Positions 60,734 to 64,000 of a DNA stretch of 64,000 nucleotides are shown in pieces. The stretch's first letter is position 1, and each line of letters starts with the position of its first letter. The notes under the pieces are model-generated. The model was not told the origin of the DNA. It searched no databases and saw nothing but the letters and a program-made list of their open reading frames with translations. The DNA is from Fidelibacterota bacterium (GTDB lineage: Bacteria; Fidelibacterota; UBA8477; JABMPR01), in assembly GCA_018650445.1 (NCBI GenBank), contig JABIFX010000062.1:12918-76917 (forward strand), written 5' to 3'. The position numbers and the translations under genes are program-made.

Positions 60734-61651
60734 ATGAGAATTCAAATATCTACACTCGCAATCATATTATTCCTATCGGCCTGCGTAACCACACCCCCTG
60801 CACCAGCCGGTAAAATATCTGAATATGAAAAGCAGATCGATGTCTGGCATCAAGCTAGAAATGAACGACTCAACCAACCAACAGGCTGGCTGACGCTATC
60901 AGGTCTCTTCTGGCTTGAAGAGGGTGACAATCGATTTGGGAGTGCCAGTGATAATCATCTCGTATTTCCAGGTGTGAGCGCTCCAGACTACATGGGAGTA
61001 TTGCATTTGGAGGGTGAAAGCGTATCAATCAGTGTTGCAGACACCATCCCCATTTTCCTCCGCGACTCGCTTATCATTGGAAGTGACCTTAAAAAGGATA
61101 GTGATGGTGAACCAGATATTCTCACCTGGGAAAATCTCAGTTGGTACATTATTCAGAGAGGAGATCGCATTGGTGTTCGTCTTAGAGATTCCCAACACCC
61201 CAACTATGTAAATTTCAAACCCACAGAATTATATCCCATCGATCGTAGTTGGAAGGTTCCTGCCACTTTGGAGACATTTGACACCACCAGGACTGTTGAT
61301 ATTGTGAATGTTCTCGGTGATACCAGTCCCGGTTCAACTCCAGGGATCTTGCATTTTGAAGTAAATGGACAGGCTCTCACCCTAACTCCACTGGCTGATC
61401 CCGGTGATGAAAATTACTTCATTATTTTTGGAGATGCTACAAATGGTCTAAGTACCTACGGTGCAGGTCGCTTTCTTGTGATCCCTGCAGCTGATGATAA
61501 GGGGAAAACTATGATAGATTTCAACAAGGCGTACAACATGCCTTGTGCCTTTTCACCCTATGCTACCTGTCCCCTACCTCCTGAGGAAAACGTGCTTGAC
61601 GTGTCTATTCAAGCAGGCGAATTAGCTTATGAGATTGATAGTGGTCATTAA
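60734..61651 (+). CDS. DUF1684 domain lipoprotein
   Basis: RBS GGAG before ATG 60734; lipobox LSAC; TYGAGRFL and DFNKAYNMPCAFSPYATCPLPP. Confidence 0.9.
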   Translation: MRIQISTLAIILFLSACVTTPPAPAGKISEYEKQIDVWHQARNERLNQPTGWLTLSGLFWLEEGDNRFGSASDNHLVFPGVSAPDYMGVLHLEGESVSISVADTIPIFLRDSLIIGSDLKKDSDGEPDILTWENLSWYIIQRGDRIGVRLRDSQHPNYVNFKPTELYPIDRSWKVPATLETFDTTRTVDIVNVLGDTSPGSTPGILHFEVNGQALTLTPLADPGDENYFIIFGDATNGLSTYGAGRFLVIPAADDKGKTMIDFNKAYNMPCAFSPYATCPLPPEENVLDVSIQAGELAYEIDSGH

Positions 61652-61760
61652 TGGGAGGATTGAAATAAGCAGGATTCAATAAAGACCCGGTTTTTGAGCT
61701 CTTTTGTCGGGTAAAAGCTTACAGAACGAATACCGATGGAGATCTCAACCCTTTGATCAA

Positions 61761-63212
61761 TTAGTTCAGTTTATAGCTCAGTGTAATCATGTGTTGACCT
61801 CCACCTCGTACTTTTCTGTCAGGCTGATCCCGTTCCCCTTGAAAATTGAAGGCGCTGTCATCCACCCGTTTCATCCAGGGGATCATTTGATAGATTTCAT
61901 ACTGTAGCGTAAAGGAATTGAGGGTGAAGCTTATGGGAGCTCCTATCGAAATCGTATGCAAATGGAATTGCAAGGGATCATCGATGGGAACAGAGCGAAT
62001 ATTAAATTCAAGTTCCGCTTCACCAACAACCATAAAATCAAAGTAGGCATGTTGGTATCCAGCATTCAGATCTACTCTAATTCCTCGATTGATTAGTTCT
62101 CGGTAGAAGCTCAGATGTTGTGAGATACTTTTTCCCGATATCTGCAATTGGGCTGCATGAGCAATAGGAAAAAGCCAGTAACGTCCCAACACCGGGGTAC
62201 TCAGCTCAGTATTTACCTCCCATTGGGAATATCCGACACCAAGCTCCAGATCCAGATTTTCCAATTGACTTTCAATAGAAAATGCACCCCCCCTTCGGCT
62301 GAAGTCAAGCCATCCCAATTCTGGAAAATCATCAATAATATCCTTTGGTAGTGGATTGTCTATGGTCAGGTCAACATTGTTCTTCTGTAAGGTCAAAGTT
62401 GGCTTAAATGACCATAGTGGACTTTCCAGGCTTATCTCCAGAAACTGATTCTCGTTGGCACCATCAAAAATCATCTGACGCTCGCCCTGCAATTCATCAA
62501 TATTGGAATTATTTAAATATTCGACATATGGTGCAAAGGTGGATTCTGACACTCTGTAATTGAGATTCAGAATCAGATTTGATCCCATGGGCAAGCTGGT
62601 GAAGGTCTGTAATCCAGTCAAATCAAATTTACCCTGAGCGTCAAATTCATTTCCAAAACTGGGTTCCAGCCAATCAAGGAAGTAACGATTCATCTGTGAA
62701 TCCTCAGATTCCGGATATTCATTTATCAGTGAGGGAGCAGTAAATATTGTACGCCGTTGATCAATTTTCACACCCCATAGCATTTTATCGTTACCAAGGC
62801 CTACTTGTAAGTCAAGATTGCCACCCTCAAGCAGATAATCTGTATTTATGAATAGATCTGAATTGGGGGTTGAGTAATTTTCACGTCGTTCCTGTACCTG
62901 GAAAATGGCCCCATATTTAAAACTGCCCCTGGCGTTTACAGCATGCAAATTAACAGTGACGCCATCTCCAAAAAGTGACTGGGTTTCTTTGCCTGCTATT
63001 CTCTCACGAAAGTAATCCTGATAGATATAAGCACTTGAAAGTTTAAGCTGGGTTTGCTGAAGGTCCGATAGGTTCATCCTGGTCAAAGTGGGTTGGTCTA
63101 ACACATTGTTCAACAAGCTGTAGAATTCCTGAGCTATGCCGACGTCACTGAAGACCATATAGAACAAGAGGAAGAAACAACGTTTCTTCCTCTTATATGT
63201 TATAAAATTCAA
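61761..63212 (-). CDS. Hypothetical outer-membrane beta-barrel-like protein
   Basis: Signal-peptide-like N-terminus, alternating amphipathic strands, C-terminal ITLSYKLN. Confidence 0.6.
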   Translation of the reverse strand: MNFITYKRKKRCFFLLFYMVFSDVGIAQEFYSLLNNVLDQPTLTRMNLSDLQQTQLKLSSAYIYQDYFRERIAGKETQSLFGDGVTVNLHAVNARGSFKYGAIFQVQERRENYSTPNSDLFINTDYLLEGGNLDLQVGLGNDKMLWGVKIDQRRTIFTAPSLINEYPESEDSQMNRYFLDWLEPSFGNEFDAQGKFDLTGLQTFTSLPMGSNLILNLNYRVSESTFAPYVEYLNNSNIDELQGERQMIFDGANENQFLEISLESPLWSFKPTLTLQKNNVDLTIDNPLPKDIIDDFPELGWLDFSRRGGAFSIESQLENLDLELGVGYSQWEVNTELSTPVLGRYWLFPIAHAAQLQISGKSISQHLSFYRELINRGIRVDLNAGYQHAYFDFMVVGEAELEFNIRSVPIDDPLQFHLHTISIGAPISFTLNSFTLQYEIYQMIPWMKRVDDSAFNFQGERDQPDRKVRGGGQHMITLSYKLN

Positions 63213-63226
63213 GCTAAATTAGAATT

Positions 63227-64000
63227 CTATTTGATCAATAGAACCTTATTTGCAGTCGTCTTCCCATCATATTGAACCCGATAAAAATACAGATTCGATG
63301 GCAACCTTGCTGCAGTCCAGAGGATATTGTGATGACCTGCAGTCAGTTCTTCCTTAACCAGTGTTTCAACTCGTTGCCCGCGGATATTGAATATGCTGAC
63401 ATTGACCATACCATCAGCCGGCAGATCAAAGCGAATATTTGTCACAGGGTTGAAGGGGTTCGGATAGGCTGCATAGACCTTAAAACTCATTGGCAACGCA
63501 TCTGGCTCTGGAATAATAGTCGTAACAAAACGATCCGGGAAGAGACCACCCCAGGTTAGATCATTACCAAAGACCTGGCCGCGCCACATGAGGAGAAAAC
63601 TTGTAGGTGGATTATCAAACCAGGCCGAAAAGTTGACTCGTTCGTCATCCATCCACACCATGGAATCCGGAAAAGCAAAATCTTGCCAGAGATCATAGCT
63701 AATTGTTTCCATTTCCTCCATATCTTCTACAAAGGAGATACCATCAAAACCAAAATCACCCTCAAAAGGTTGCATGGCATTAGCCAGTCCCGCCATAAGC
63801 TCAAAGAACTCATTGATGGTTAAAAGGGCTTCCTCAAGATCATCACCTAATTCAATAAACTGCTCCACTCCATAATCAGTGAGAGTCAGGAAATTTGGAT
63901 TCGATTCTTCAAGCATGAGGATCAGATCTGTTTCATCTTCAATATCGCTAAAATCAAGTACACTGGGATCAAGGTTAAGAACAAAGATTTCATCAAGATT
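63227..64000 (-). CDS. C-terminal part of an acidic secreted protein with T9SS/FlgD-like sorting domain (5' end outside the window)
   Basis: Frame open to the window edge; AYPNPFNPVTNIRFDLP...KVLLIK tail. Confidence 0.85.
   Translation of the reverse strand, partial: NLDEIFVLNLDPSVLDFSDIEDETDLILMLEESNPNFLTLTDYGVEQFIELGDDLEEALLTINEFFELMAGLANAMQPFEGDFGFDGISFVEDMEEMETISYDLWQDFAFPDSMVWMDDERVNFSAWFDNPPTSFLLMWRGQVFGNDLTWGGLFPDRFVTTIIPEPDALPMSFKVYAAYPNPFNPVTNIRFDLPADGMVNVSIFNIRGQRVETLVKEELTAGHHNILWTAARLPSNLYFYRVQYDGKTTANKVLLIK

Overview
This is 64 kb of bacterial chromosome. Signal peptides, five C-terminal 'QNYPNPFN/YPNPFNP' FlgD-Ig/T9SS-like sorting domains and a hybrid two-component system point to an FCB-group organism, possibly Ca. 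Marinimicrobia (inference). No rRNA, tRNA, CRISPR array or transposase was seen. The main result is a pair of tandem paralogous secreted proteins (1490-4087 and 4310-6937, minus strand) that the ORF track splits. Each carries an in-frame UGA at codon 37 in an identical 'EYFTNAG-U-PGC' thioredoxin-type UxxC motif, followed by a same-register hairpin. They are best read as exported Omp28-like/FG-GAP selenoproteins, and they lie directly upstream of a PLP-dependent cysteine desulfurase/selenocysteine lyase-family gene that is missing from the ORF track. Second is a surface-appendage locus (24.4-41.1 kb) that combines a DUF4402-type chaperone-usher pilus, a 2142-aa adhesin with a T9SS-like tail and type IV minor-pilin-like genes. 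Four sigma54-like promoters with equally spaced upstream activator half-sites occur in it. Third is a 37-bp direct-repeat operator that occurs twice, suggesting the hybrid two-component system controls both a secreted double-propeller glycosidase and a TatT-type TRAP operon. The rest is an RND efflux operon, HDAC-like deacetylase, DASS transporter, D-lactate dehydrogenase, ppx/sixA, kbl plus threonine dehydrogenase, aldo/keto reductase, nitroreductase, CoA-activase, acyltransferase and DUF1684. All family assignments come from motif recognition by eye, not database searches.
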